In this document: positions 1-9,593 of the stretch, one piece after another | Layout of the letters: each line of letters starts with the position of its first letter | Position numbering within the stretch: the stretch's first letter is position 1 | Assembly (NCBI GenBank): GCA_050250895.1 | Contig: JBFWNU010000007.1 | Span: 352,001-416,000 of the forward strand | Direction: 5' to 3' | Origin: Vulcanimicrobiota bacterium | GTDB taxonomy: Bacteria; Vulcanimicrobiota; Xenobia; Xenobiales; JADMJV01 | DNA length: 64,000 bases | Program-made: the position numbers and the translations under genes | Notes under the pieces: model-generated | The model's input: only the letters and a program-made list of their open reading frames with translations | The model's database searches: none | Told to the model about the DNA's origin: nothing

Positions 1-2934
1 CCGCTTTTCTTCTCGGCTGCGGGCAACCCCGTTTCCTTGCGTCCTTTCCTGCAACAGTATCGCCTGCACGGTCGCTTGCTCTATGTGCGCAAGACCCAGG
101 CCGTCGACAAGGTCGGCGACGAGACCGTCATCTTGATGGACCCCGAAACCGGCCCCGTGCTCGAGGCGGTCTTTCCCCGACGCGAAGACTATCAGCAACA
201 GCTACTCGAGCAGGCCGAATCCAGCCGCTCTGTTGCTCGGCCTCCGGCCGAGGTGCTCGAGCCGGTCAAACTCTCGAAACTCAAGGGTTTCATCAGCGAG
301 AATCCTGACGGAGCCTTCGCGCCGGCCCGGCTGTGCCTCCGTCGCGATCCGCGCACGGTGGTCGGCCAGAAAGAGCCAGGCTTGCCCGACGGCTTGCTGG
401 TCGAGGTGTGGTGTCGCGAGGTGGATCCCTCGTATCCCCTCGACGAGCCTCCCAACCGCCAATACTACGAACCGATCCTGGCCAGGGTGCGGGCCGAGCT
501 ACCTCGCTTCTACAAGAATCTGACCGACGTGTCTCCGTCCGCCTGGGAAAAGAGCGACAGTCCCGCCCGCCATCATCTGTTGAACCTGTTGGCCTGGCTT
601 GGGCCTTACGACGGAGAGCCTCCCAAGATCGGCATGCTGGTGCACATCGAGACTTTGCGCACGGTCCAGGGCGGCATGCTGAGCTTGTCGGATCTGCTCA
701 AAGACTATGACAAGCGCCGCTTCGTGGGGGTCATCTCTTCTAGTCTGCCCATGGGCGACCTCCGAGGCGGCGACCTGCCAACGCCCCTGACGCTCTCGGT
801 GAACGCTCAGGAGCAGGCCTGTCTCGAGAAGGTCTTTGGCGAGTATGGACTCCACCACTATGACGATTTGCTCAAGTTTCGCAAGGCTCGTCCCGAATTC
901 TTTACCCGCACCTTGACCGATCCCGTGCTGGCCGATGACATGGTTTGGCGAGTTTCTTTCGAAGATCGCGACATCCAGGGGGAGGTAGGCTATTCGCTGG
1001 CGGCCACCGACCCGCGCCTGAGGGCCCGCCTGCTGGTCTATGGACGCTTGATGGAGGAGTGGGACCATGAACTTGGCTTCGGGCCGGTGGTAGCGGTGGT
1101 CGCCTGCCCTCGCTTGCGCCCCAACTCGCGCTGGAATGGCGTGGCTCAAGACAAGGTCTTTGCCGAGGTTCGCGACGCTTTGCTCGAACACGCCCGGCGC
1201 CTGGTCTTCTCGATGGAAGCCGAACTGGTGGATCCGTTTGCGCCTAACCATCTGCGCGCCAGACGCTTCGCGTGGTCCCAGATGGTGTGGGAGTTGCGTC
1301 GCTTTCACGAGGACGTCGAGAAATACGCGACCGAAGAAACCTTTCGACGCTTTTGCAGATTGCCGCTGCTGTTTGACCTGTGGGGCGAGCCCAGGTGTCT
1401 GGAAGAATTGATGCCCGAGACCCGCACGGTGCGGACGGTAGGTTACCTCAGCGGACCGGTGGACCGACCTAAAGACCCCGAGACCATCGTGTTGAAAGTC
1501 GAGCCCGACGAGCTGCGCAGCTTGAGGACGGCCTTCAAACTGCTCGACATTCCACCCCTTGACCTGGCCCTTGCCCTGGGCCAACAGGAGCGTCGCGAGG
1601 CTCGCCTGGGAGAGGGAGTCTACCTGCATCAGGGTAGTACCGCGCCCCTGGAAGGAGAGGTCGCCCTCTTAGGGGGGAAGGGGCCTTCGCGAGTGACCAT
1701 TCTCTGCGATCATCGTCTGCTCCGTGAGCATACCCTCGAGAGCCCCTTTCCGTTCGAGGCCGTGCTCAACCATGACGGGGCCGCCACCTCGTTGCGGGTT
1801 CAGGAAGCTACCATCGAGCAAGCCCGCCTCAGCGCCGAAAGGTTGGTGCTAGAGCTGATTGACCGTCAGCAGCATCGTCTCTATCTGCTCGAGTTACTGT
1901 CGCGACTAACGCCCGGTCCGCTCTGGGAGCGGTTACGCTCGGCTCCCCTGGTGCGCGATCTGGTCTCCTGGGGCCTGGTAGCAGTCGAACGACTGGAGCC
2001 GCCGGTGGTCTTTTTGCCCAACAGCAGTCTTGAGCCCAACCAGGCGCGGGCCGCTCAGAAAGTGGCCGCCCAGCGAGGTGTCCCGGTCTTGCCGGTGCTC
2101 GACGAATCGGAACAGAAGCTGCTCTTTCACCTGCTCGACGAACTGCAGCCACTGGGACGCGATTTTCTCACCAGCGTGCAGGCTCTTCACAATCAGCAGG
2201 GCCAGCGGCGCACCTCGTTTCGGCTTGAGGATGTCTATCCTGGTAAACTGTGGCTGGGCAGGGTGCCTTTTACCGGCGACCGGCTCTTGGGCGAGCTGGG
2301 TCTGCCGCTCGACGAAGGGCCAGGGGAGCTCTCGGTCAGTGTCGAGGGGTTGCCAATTGCTAATCTCGAGCTGGGCGAGCCCGGTCTCTTTGGGGTCATC
2401 GATGGTCCCTTTCCGGTTCGTCCTGATTGGTCAGGGCTGCTCGATGAGGAGGCGGTCCGGTACCAGCTGGTGGAGGCTCAACGGCAACTGGCTAAGTATT
2501 TCTCTCACTCGCTACCGCTGGCTCCCAAGAGTCGCTCGCGAGCCTTGCGGGCCCTCACCGCCCTGCGTGGCACCGAGCCGGCTCCCATCGCCCCGGTGCG
2601 GGTCGAGGCCATTCCTGACTATGAGGTCGGGTCGAGACTTACTCAAGATCAGGCCGCCCGCCTGCTAACGACCCTGCGGCCCAGCCTGGCCCACCTGGCC
2701 GGAAAGGGCGCCCTGGTGCTCGCCCCCCTGGGAAGCCGCGGCGCCCTCTATGCGCAACGGCCCGACGGCCTGGCCCTCAACAGCGACCACCCGCTCCTGC
2801 CCCAGATCTTTCGCCACCCCAGGGGCGAGAAGTTAGGCCTGCAGTTGCTCGCTTTGTTGTTGGCCGGGGCTGTCGAGCAGGGCTCGGCCCGCGAGGCTCA
2901 CCGCCAGCTACTCAACCGTCTGGGCGTAGGCTGA
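1..2934 (+). CDS. Large hypothetical protein, 5'-truncated by the window edge, with internally repeated modules
   Basis: Frame 1 is open from base 1 to TGA at 2932-2934 (>965 aa). No confidently recognised catalytic motif. Three similar 'GE(V/L)(G/A)..' segments. Confidence 0.75.
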   Translation, partial: PLFFSAAGNPVSLRPFLQQYRLHGRLLYVRKTQAVDKVGDETVILMDPETGPVLEAVFPRREDYQQQLLEQAESSRSVARPPAEVLEPVKLSKLKGFISENPDGAFAPARLCLRRDPRTVVGQKEPGLPDGLLVEVWCREVDPSYPLDEPPNRQYYEPILARVRAELPRFYKNLTDVSPSAWEKSDSPARHHLLNLLAWLGPYDGEPPKIGMLVHIETLRTVQGGMLSLSDLLKDYDKRRFVGVISSSLPMGDLRGGDLPTPLTLSVNAQEQACLEKVFGEYGLHHYDDLLKFRKARPEFFTRTLTDPVLADDMVWRVSFEDRDIQGEVGYSLAATDPRLRARLLVYGRLMEEWDHELGFGPVVAVVACPRLRPNSRWNGVAQDKVFAEVRDALLEHARRLVFSMEAELVDPFAPNHLRARRFAWSQMVWELRRFHEDVEKYATEETFRRFCRLPLLFDLWGEPRCLEELMPETRTVRTVGYLSGPVDRPKDPETIVLKVEPDELRSLRTAFKLLDIPPLDLALALGQQERREARLGEGVYLHQGSTAPLEGEVALLGGKGPSRVTILCDHRLLREHTLESPFPFEAVLNHDGAATSLRVQEATIEQARLSAERLVLELIDRQQHRLYLLELLSRLTPGPLWERLRSAPLVRDLVSWGLVAVERLEPPVVFLPNSSLEPNQARAAQKVAAQRGVPVLPVLDESEQKLLFHLLDELQPLGRDFLTSVQALHNQQGQRRTSFRLEDVYPGKLWLGRVPFTGDRLLGELGLPLDEGPGELSVSVEGLPIANLELGEPGLFGVIDGPFPVRPDWSGLLDEEAVRYQLVEAQRQLAKYFSHSLPLAPKSRSRALRALTALRGTEPAPIAPVRVEAIPDYEVGSRLTQDQAARLLTTLRPSLAHLAGKGALVLAPLGSRGALYAQRPDGLALNSDHPLLPQIFRHPRGEKLGLQLLALLLAGAVEQGSAREAHRQLLNRLGVG

Positions 2935-2980
2935 TTCAGACCCGGCAGGAACCGGCCGGGCCTGGCCCAATATCGTGGTG

Positions 2981-3676
2981 ATGCGAATCTTTTTCTGGTT
3001 CTTAATGCTTTCTAGCCTGGCCTGGGCGGGGCCGGTGCCTGACGACTGCCGGCAGCTGGTGCTGGTGGTCAGCCAGGATTGGCAGGCCACCACCGGCCAG
3101 CTGACCGTCTACCAGCGTACCGAGCACGGTTGGCAGGCGCAGTCCAAGCCGTGGGAGATCAGTCTAGGACGAACCGGGTTGGCCTGGGGACTTGGTTTGC
3201 ATACCAACCCCCACCCGGCCGTTCTCAAACGGGAGGGTGACGGAAAATCGCCAGCCGGCGCTTTTGCCTTGACCCACGTGTTCGGCTACAAAGACCCCGG
3301 CAACGCCGACGGCTTGCCCTTTCTGGCGGTGGATGATCGCGAGTGCATCGACGACCCGAAGTCGGACCATTACAACCAGATTGTGTCGGCCCGCGAAGTG
3401 GCTCGCGACTGGAACAGCTCCGAGATCATGAAGATCGACATCTATCGCCTGGGTCTGGTGGTGGCGCACAACTCCGAGCATCGACCGGGGGCCGGCTCCT
3501 GCATCTTCCTCCACCGCTGGAGCAAGCCGGAGGGCACCACCGCCGGCTGTACTGCCATGCCTGCCGAACGTTTGACCTGGCTTTGCCAGTGGCTGCGGGG
3601 CGACGACCATCCCGTGCTGGTGCAATTGCCGGCCGATGCCTACAAGTCACTGCGAGAAGAGTGGCAGCTACCATGA
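2981..3676 (+). CDS. Secreted L,D-transpeptidase (YkuD-like) family protein
   Basis: Signal peptide MRIFFWFLMLSSLAWA; motifs KREGDGKSPAG and GSCIFLH...TAGC (catalytic His/Cys). Confidence 0.85.
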   Translation: MRIFFWFLMLSSLAWAGPVPDDCRQLVLVVSQDWQATTGQLTVYQRTEHGWQAQSKPWEISLGRTGLAWGLGLHTNPHPAVLKREGDGKSPAGAFALTHVFGYKDPGNADGLPFLAVDDRECIDDPKSDHYNQIVSAREVARDWNSSEIMKIDIYRLGLVVAHNSEHRPGAGSCIFLHRWSKPEGTTAGCTAMPAERLTWLCQWLRGDDHPVLVQLPADAYKSLREEWQLP

Positions 3677-3717
3677 GTTTTCACATAATTTTCAGCAGCC
3701 TTTGATTTGATGACCCT

Positions 3718-4182
3718 ATGAACTACGATGCTTTTGTTCGGGGGGCATTCGATAGGTTTTATAACAATGGAACGCTGGGCCGTGGCGCGCATTTTCGTCG
3801 CCTGGACGGAGCCCAGAGTCGCGACTGCCAGACCCGCCTCGAACAGGAGATGGACACGGTCGTCACCAAAGACAACCAGCCCGGAGACCTGGATTTTCGT
3901 AAAGGCATCTACAAGCGCCTCGAAGGTCTCACCTCGGTTACCACCAATTACATCGGCGACGCTACCGAAGGCGAAGCCATGACCACGACCAAGGGTGGAA
4001 TCATGTCGATGCCCGAGGACACTACGGCGACCCGCTACCGCCCGGAACGCATCGATCAACTCCAGGTGGACTTCCTCGACCCCAATGGCCGAGTCAAGAT
4101 GGTGGCCACCCACGTCGATCGCGCCACCGGCGAGGCCTACGTCGAAGAAATGGAGTGGAACATCCACGGCGCCAACCGGTAG
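3718..4182 (+). CDS. Hypothetical protein
   Basis: 154-aa ATG ORF filling the intergenic gap; no recognisable motif. Confidence 0.65.
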   Translation: MNYDAFVRGAFDRFYNNGTLGRGAHFRRLDGAQSRDCQTRLEQEMDTVVTKDNQPGDLDFRKGIYKRLEGLTSVTTNYIGDATEGEAMTTTKGGIMSMPEDTTATRYRPERIDQLQVDFLDPNGRVKMVATHVDRATGEAYVEEMEWNIHGANR

Positions 4183-4249
4183 GCAACCCCTCCGATGAAA
4201 CTACTAGCCGCGTCTAGTAGCTCTGTGTCTCACCGAGCTTTCGAGGGTT

Positions 4250-4258
4250 TGCTATACT
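4250..4258 (+). promoter_or_regulatory. Extended -10 promoter element (TG-C-TATACT)
   Basis: TGCTATACT at 4250-4258 in an intergenic region; near-consensus sigma70 extended -10. Confidence 0.55.
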
Positions 4259-4286
4259 GTGAGAGCAGAAGTTCCCAAGACTGCGG

Positions 4287-4334
4287 CTCCGGCGGACGAA
4301 ACCCCTCACACCTCCCGCCGGAGTTTATTTTTTT
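4287..4334 (+). terminator. Intrinsic-terminator-like hairpin with U-tract (end of a candidate sRNA or leader)
   Basis: CTCCGGCGG (4287-4295) pairs with CCGCCGGAG (4315-4323), 19-nt loop, followed by TTTATTTTTTT. Confidence 0.6.
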
Positions 4335-4371
4335 AGAGGGGCCGGCTGCCTTTTCGTGAAGCTTTGCGCCC

Positions 4372-5853
4372 ATGGACATGCGGGCCGAGTTCGAACAACT
4401 CCAGACGCAATTGCCCGGGCTCTGGCGCCGGGTTCGACAGGACTCCAAGCATCCCGTCACCGTGGTCGCTCTGCCCTCGGTCTCCCTCGACCTCGAGGGC
4501 ATGGCCGACTCTGAGAACCTCAACTACTTTGAAGAGCGGATCTTTTACCTCTTCAACATGTTGCGGCGGCCCAACACTCACCTGATTCTGATCACCTCGC
4601 ACCTCATACCGGAAGCTCTCATTTCCTATCACCTCCACCTGCTGCCCGGAGTGCCATATTCCCACTCGAGACCGCGGGTTTCTTCGTTCACCACCGGCGA
4701 CTTCTCGACCCGGCCGCTGGCGGCCAAGCTGCTGGATCGACCGGCTCTTCAGAAGCGGGTGCGTCAGGCCATCGGGCCAGGCGACGCCTACCTCAACTGC
4801 TACACTACCTCGGACCTGGAACGTCAGGTAGCGGTCTCGCTAGGCCTTCCTTTGATGGGGCCCCATCCGGACCATCAGATCTACGGAAGCAAGAGTCGCT
4901 CGCGTGAACTCTTTCGGGAACTCGTCATTCCGTGTCCGCGGGGTGAAGAGAATTTGCGGAGTCTTGACGATCTGTGTCAGGCACTGTCTCGATTGAGCCA
5001 GTGGCCGGGTCTCGAACGCGCCGTGATCAAGCAGAACTACACCATCTCGGGCCTGGGCAACGCGGTTTTTCCCCTGGCCGGACCCGAGAGCCCCGACCAG
5101 ATTCGGGACCGATTGGCCGCCGATGTGCGGCTCGGGAAGAAACTGGTCTGGGATAGTTATCTCCAGCGCTTCGAGAGACTGGGTGGGGTAGTCGAAGAAT
5201 ACATCCATGGTGACCCTTGTAGCGTGCAGGTCCGCATCAATCCTATCAACGAGGTCGAGGTCGTTTCGACCCACGACGAACTCAAAGGTGGGGGAGAAGA
5301 GCAAACCTATGTAGGCTGTCGGTTTCCGGCTTATCCTGACGCCTTGCCTCGGCTCCATGACTACGGGAGACGGGTAGGCCAGCGCCTGAGCGATGCCGGG
5401 GTGGTGGGACGCTTCGATATCGACTTTCTGGCCGTCGAAGGGTCGGCCGGCACCGACGCGTGCGCCCTCGACATCAACCTTCGCAAGAGCAACACCACCT
5501 TGCCGTTACGCACTTTGCAGTTGCTCATCGGGGGGACCTACGATGCCGATACCGGCATCTATATCGCCGATTTTGCCGAACCCCGCTACTACATCAGTTC
5601 GGATAAACTCGGGGGCGGACGTCTGCAGGGCATGCTTCCCGAAGACTTGATCGATATAGCCACCTACACCGGTATCCACTACTCCTCGGCCTCTCATACG
5701 GGCACGGTCTTTCATATGTTGGGCGGTTTGTCCGAGTTGGGGATGGTTGGGGCTACCTGTATCGAAAAGACCCCCCGCGATGCCGAGAACTTGTACCGTC
5801 GCACCAGAGAAGTCTTAGAAAGAGAGTTTCGCAGTTACGCTTGGATGATCTAA
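4372..5853 (+). CDS. Peptide ligase PGM1-related ATP-grasp protein
   Basis: N-terminus VVALPSVSLD...YFEERIFYL...YHLHLLPGVPYSH typical of the PGM1-related family; ATP-grasp features GSKS.SR, K.N...SGLGN, VVEEYI, DIDF...DINLRK. Confidence 0.75.
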   Translation: MDMRAEFEQLQTQLPGLWRRVRQDSKHPVTVVALPSVSLDLEGMADSENLNYFEERIFYLFNMLRRPNTHLILITSHLIPEALISYHLHLLPGVPYSHSRPRVSSFTTGDFSTRPLAAKLLDRPALQKRVRQAIGPGDAYLNCYTTSDLERQVAVSLGLPLMGPHPDHQIYGSKSRSRELFRELVIPCPRGEENLRSLDDLCQALSRLSQWPGLERAVIKQNYTISGLGNAVFPLAGPESPDQIRDRLAADVRLGKKLVWDSYLQRFERLGGVVEEYIHGDPCSVQVRINPINEVEVVSTHDELKGGGEEQTYVGCRFPAYPDALPRLHDYGRRVGQRLSDAGVVGRFDIDFLAVEGSAGTDACALDINLRKSNTTLPLRTLQLLIGGTYDADTGIYIADFAEPRYYISSDKLGGGRLQGMLPEDLIDIATYTGIHYSSASHTGTVFHMLGGLSELGMVGATCIEKTPRDAENLYRRTREVLEREFRSYAWMI

Positions 5854-6305
5854 CGACCCACGAGAAGCACATTCGTCGCACCATGGAATTGGCCCGCCAA
5901 TCGGTCAATCGTGGCAACCATCCCTTCGGGGCTCTACTCGAGCGCAACGGCTATGTGGTGATGGAGGCCGAGAACACCGTCAACGACGAGGGCGATTGCA
6001 CCGGTCACGCCGAGCTCAACCTGGTGCGCAAGGCCACTCGCGAGCTAAGCTCTCAACAAGTAGCCCAGGCCACCCTCTACACCAGCACCGAGCCCTGTCC
6101 GATGTGTGCGGGAGCCATCTTCTGGGCCGGCATCAGCCGCATCGTCTATGGCGTTCCAGCCGCCGCCCTGATAGAGTTGACCGGCTGCGGTTTTGACTAT
6201 CAAAGCTCCCAACTCTATGAGTGGTCGACCAGTCCCCCGGCGGTGATCGGACCGGTTTTGGCCGAAGAGGGCTTGGAAATTCACCGGAAGTTCTGGAAAC
6301 CATGA
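5841..6305 (+). CDS. Nucleoside deaminase (cytidine/guanine deaminase-like, Zn-dependent)
   Basis: PFGA, HAE and EPCPMC motifs. Confidence 0.9.
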   Translation: MDDLTTHEKHIRRTMELARQSVNRGNHPFGALLERNGYVVMEAENTVNDEGDCTGHAELNLVRKATRELSSQQVAQATLYTSTEPCPMCAGAIFWAGISRIVYGVPAAALIELTGCGFDYQSSQLYEWSTSPPAVIGPVLAEEGLEIHRKFWKP

Positions 6306-6964
6306 GTCGCAGTAGCCTCGGCCTGGAGAGTCGTCTCTACGACTACCTTTTGGCGGTATCTCTCAGAGAACCGCCGGTGATGACCGCTCTGCGCAATGAA
6401 ACGGCCAGCATGCCCCAGGCATCCATGCAAATCTCGCCCGAACAAGGCCAATTCATGGCTCTGCTGATCGAACTGCTGGGCCTCAAAGAGGTGCTCGAGA
6501 TCGGCACGTTCACCGGTTATAGCGCTCTCGCCATGGCGCGGGCCCTGCCCGAGGATGGCCGACTGGTGGCCTGCGATGTTTCTGAGGAATGGACCGCCAT
6601 CGCTCGCCGTTACTGGCACGAAGCCGGGGTAGCCCATAAGATCGACTTGCGCCTGGGTCCGGCGCTTGCCACCCTGGAGGCTTTGCGAGCCAACGGCCGC
6701 CGCTTCGACCTCGCCTTCATCGACGCCGACAAGACGAACTATCGAAACTACTACGAGGTGGCTCTCGAGCTTTTACCGGCGGGTGGCCTGGTGGTGGTCG
6801 ATAACGTGCTCTGGTCGGGGCGGGTGGTCGAGGCCGGAACCAACGACCCGGATACGGTGGCGATTCGCAGCTTCAACCGCTTCGTCCATAGCGACGAGCG
6901 GGTCAGTATCAGTCTGTTACCGGTTGGAGATGGCTTGCTGTTAGCTCGCAAACGAGCTATTTAG
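6302..6964 (+). CDS. Class I SAM-dependent O-methyltransferase (caffeoyl-CoA OMT-like)
   Basis: LEIGTFTGYS, FDLAFIDADK and DNVLW motifs; ATG overlaps the upstream stop (ATGA). Confidence 0.92.
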   Translation: MSRSSLGLESRLYDYLLAVSLREPPVMTALRNETASMPQASMQISPEQGQFMALLIELLGLKEVLEIGTFTGYSALAMARALPEDGRLVACDVSEEWTAIARRYWHEAGVAHKIDLRLGPALATLEALRANGRRFDLAFIDADKTNYRNYYEVALELLPAGGLVVVDNVLWSGRVVEAGTNDPDTVAIRSFNRFVHSDERVSISLLPVGDGLLLARKRAI

Positions 6965-7400
6965 CCTTTTTGTCTTTCACCCAGGCGTGGTAGGCGTCGA
7001 TCAATTCGGCGCCTTCTTTGAAGGCCTTGTCAAGTTCTTGGTGCTGGCGCTTCATGGTCTTGAGGTCGGGATCTTTCTTCTCGATCTTCTCTAATTCTTC
7101 ATTGGTGTATTCCATGACGCGACCCACGAAGGTCGCCAGTCTGTCGGCCTTGCGCCCGGCCTTTTGCTCGTCGGCGACAAAGCTCTCTACCGCTTTGTGG
7201 ATAGCTCGAATGCGCGCCTTGTGCTCGGGAGGCAACTTGGAGAGCGCCAGACCGAACTCTTTGGTCGCGGCGTCGAAATTGGCCCGAGTGTCGACCGGCT
7301 TTGCGTCGTTGAGTTTGAACTCGCCGCTGGTCTTCTTGGGAGCTGGCGGCGGGACCTGACCGAACAGGATCTGATCGCGCAAAATCGGCGGGATAGCCAT
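6957..7400 (-). CDS. Hypothetical helical, Lys-rich protein
   Basis: ORF from ATG 7400 (MAIPPILRDQ...); the longer upstream extension overlaps the next gene. Confidence 0.6.
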   Translation of the reverse strand: MAIPPILRDQILFGQVPPPAPKKTSGEFKLNDAKPVDTRANFDAATKEFGLALSKLPPEHKARIRAIHKAVESFVADEQKAGRKADRLATFVGRVMEYTNEELEKIEKKDPDLKTMKRQHQELDKAFKEGAELIDAYHAWVKDKKAK

Positions 7401-7518
7401 GCTGGAAGGGTTCGACTCGGGGGCCTCGCGGTCCCCCCAGGGGGGCCACGCCTGGTCCCGCAGGGGGTCAAAGAAAAAAGCCGCGAACGAATCGCGGCTC
7501 CGGGTGCGGTGTTCGCGT

Positions 7519-8286
7519 TTAGCGGCTGTGCAAACCCAGAATCTTCTCGGGATACTCCGCCACCTCGCGATACTTGTTGGCGGCGCCACCTTTGTAGATG
7601 AGGCGGCAGGCGTAGTAGAGGGGAGAATTCGCGGCCGACGTGCCGACCAGCTGGTTCCAGTCGCGAGGGTCGAGGCCCATATCGTAAGCCCGCGCCATGG
7701 CCCGCATAATCGTGCCCCCACCGCCGTTGAAGGCAGCCAGCTCGAGATGAGCCAGGCTCTCGCCTTCGGGCAGACCGATCCGGTCGAATGCCTGCTGCAC
7801 TTTGTCGCCGTAGGGGCAGCGTTTTTCAGGACGGTTCAGCAGGATGCCATAATAGTTTCCCGGCTCGAGGATCACGCGGTGCTTTTCTTGCAACACCGCC
7901 ACGCCCACCGGCAGAGAAGCCGAGGGGTCGAGTCGTTGGGCCAGGGGCAGCTTGAAGCGCGTAGCCGTGTCGGGGGTCAACTGCACCAGACCGGCGGCGC
8001 CGGTGGGACTGATGGCGTTAGGGCGGAAGGAGCTTTCGACCGCCACCAGGGCTTTGAATACCATCGGAGAAAGCGGCCGGTCATGATCGACCCAGCGCTC
8101 GGAAACGGCGTTGAGGATCATCCCGTTATACCAGTTCTCTCGCGGCCCGTAGCCCCACTCGGTGTAGAGGTCCCGAGGGCTCTGATAGAGGGCTGTTTCG
8201 ACCTGGCTCTCTTCGAAGGGTACCGGTCCAGCCAGGGCCGTCATCGTAGTCAACAAAAGACAACAAGCGAGGAAAAAATTGCGCAT
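7519..8286 (-). CDS. Secreted lytic transglycosylase (SLT domain)
   Basis: Signal peptide; VESSF (catalytic Glu), AISPTGAAGLVQL, AAFNGG motifs. Confidence 0.85.
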   Translation of the reverse strand: MRNFFLACCLLLTTMTALAGPVPFEESQVETALYQSPRDLYTEWGYGPRENWYNGMILNAVSERWVDHDRPLSPMVFKALVAVESSFRPNAISPTGAAGLVQLTPDTATRFKLPLAQRLDPSASLPVGVAVLQEKHRVILEPGNYYGILLNRPEKRCPYGDKVQQAFDRIGLPEGESLAHLELAAFNGGGGTIMRAMARAYDMGLDPRDWNQLVGTSAANSPLYYACRLIYKGGAANKYREVAEYPEKILGLHSR

Positions 8287-8399
8287 ACATCTCCCGATAA
8301 GTTGAGGGTTGTTCAAATCTTCTCGCTCCTCTCTTGGTAGCCTTCTCTTTCAAGGAAATTTAAGGTGGGTGAACTAGTCTGATTCCAAGGAGACACGCC

Positions 8400-8942
8400 A
8401 TGCACATCAGCCAGCTAACCACGCCAGTAGCCCGTCGGGCTAATACCTCGGGACCAGCCCCCGAGCAGGATCAACCGGCCGAGATTCGCGAGCAACTCGA
8501 CCTGAATCAGACCGCCCCTGAGGACAAGAACCTTTTCTACTCTGGCGCGCGTGCGCTGGTCAGCGGTGTCGGCGGAGTGATCGGCGGTGTCGCCGGCCTG
8601 CCCTTCGGAGCCTATCGCGGCGCCGTCAGCAAGAATTTTCAAGTCAAGCCCGAGTATGTCTCGGCTGTTCGCCTGGCTGGAGCCCTCGGAGTCACGGGCC
8701 TGGGTATCGCTGCCAATGTCACCGGCTGGGCCGCAACCACGCTGGGCATCGACCCGGTGATCGGCACGGCCGCCAGCGTGTTGCTCGGCCCGATCGTCGG
8801 TTCAGCTGTAGCCAACGGTGCGGTCGGAGTCGGCGAAGGCCTGGTGGCCGGTGGTGTCGGTGGCGTCCAGGGCGTTTTCGCCGGCGGCCGTGGTGGTGCC
8901 AAAGTGGGCGCTTCCATCGTCGACTGGGTAGCCGGACGCTAA
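8400..8942 (+). CDS. Gly/Ala/Val-rich membrane protein (glycine-zipper-like)
   Basis: RBS AAGGAG upstream; polar N-terminus followed by GxxxG-rich hydrophobic segments. Confidence 0.7.
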   Translation: MHISQLTTPVARRANTSGPAPEQDQPAEIREQLDLNQTAPEDKNLFYSGARALVSGVGGVIGGVAGLPFGAYRGAVSKNFQVKPEYVSAVRLAGALGVTGLGIAANVTGWAATTLGIDPVIGTAASVLLGPIVGSAVANGAVGVGEGLVAGGVGGVQGVFAGGRGGAKVGASIVDWVAGR

Positions 8943-8988
8943 CGGAGCCCGCGCTTCACTGGCGCTCGTTAGCCAGGATTGCAGCCTT

Positions 8989-9426
8989 TCAACCCCGCTC
9001 AAATAGGATGTAGGTCACCCTTCCGTCAGGCTCGGTTTGCACCAGCAGGCGGTGCTGGGGATAGCTCATGGTCAGGCGCGCGGCCTGATCGTCGGCACTC
9101 AGGTGAGCTTTGGTGGTGTGGTCGGGTTGGCCCAGCACGGCTTGTAATTGGCCAGCGGCCACGAGCCGACCGTTGACTTCGAGCTGGTGACCGGTGACGC
9201 GCCACACTTTTCCCTGGCTGAACTCGACGTCAGGGGTGTAAGTCGAGAGGTCGTCGGAGTCTCTTTCTCCTAGCTTATTGACCTCGGCCTGGCTCATGCC
9301 CAGGCCGACACCGGCGATGGTGACCTGGGTGGGTCGCATCCAGAAGGCCAGGCCGGCGATGATGGCCAGCAAGGCCACCACTTCGAAGATGCGTCGGGAT
9401 CGAGTGGGGGGAACGAGACTGCTCAC
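8989..9426 (-). CDS. Hypothetical membrane-anchored protein
   Basis: N-terminal TM segment; GTG start 6 nt after TGC-TAGGCT. Confidence 0.65.
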   Translation of the reverse strand: MSSLVPPTRSRRIFEVVALLAIIAGLAFWMRPTQVTIAGVGLGMSQAEVNKLGERDSDDLSTYTPDVEFSQGKVWRVTGHQLEVNGRLVAAGQLQAVLGQPDHTTKAHLSADDQAARLTMSYPQHRLLVQTEPDGRVTYILFERG

Positions 9427-9593
9427 CCGCTTAGCCTAGCATAACGACTGCAAGTGCGTCCACCACCGGGCCCTCCGTTTGATCTCCGCGTCAGAACCCA
9501 GTCAGCGCGTGCGTTCAAGTCCCTCTACCTGCGTACTTCCAGCTGGAAGACCGGTAGTGCCAGCGACCCGCCGACGGAACATCCATGGAATGA

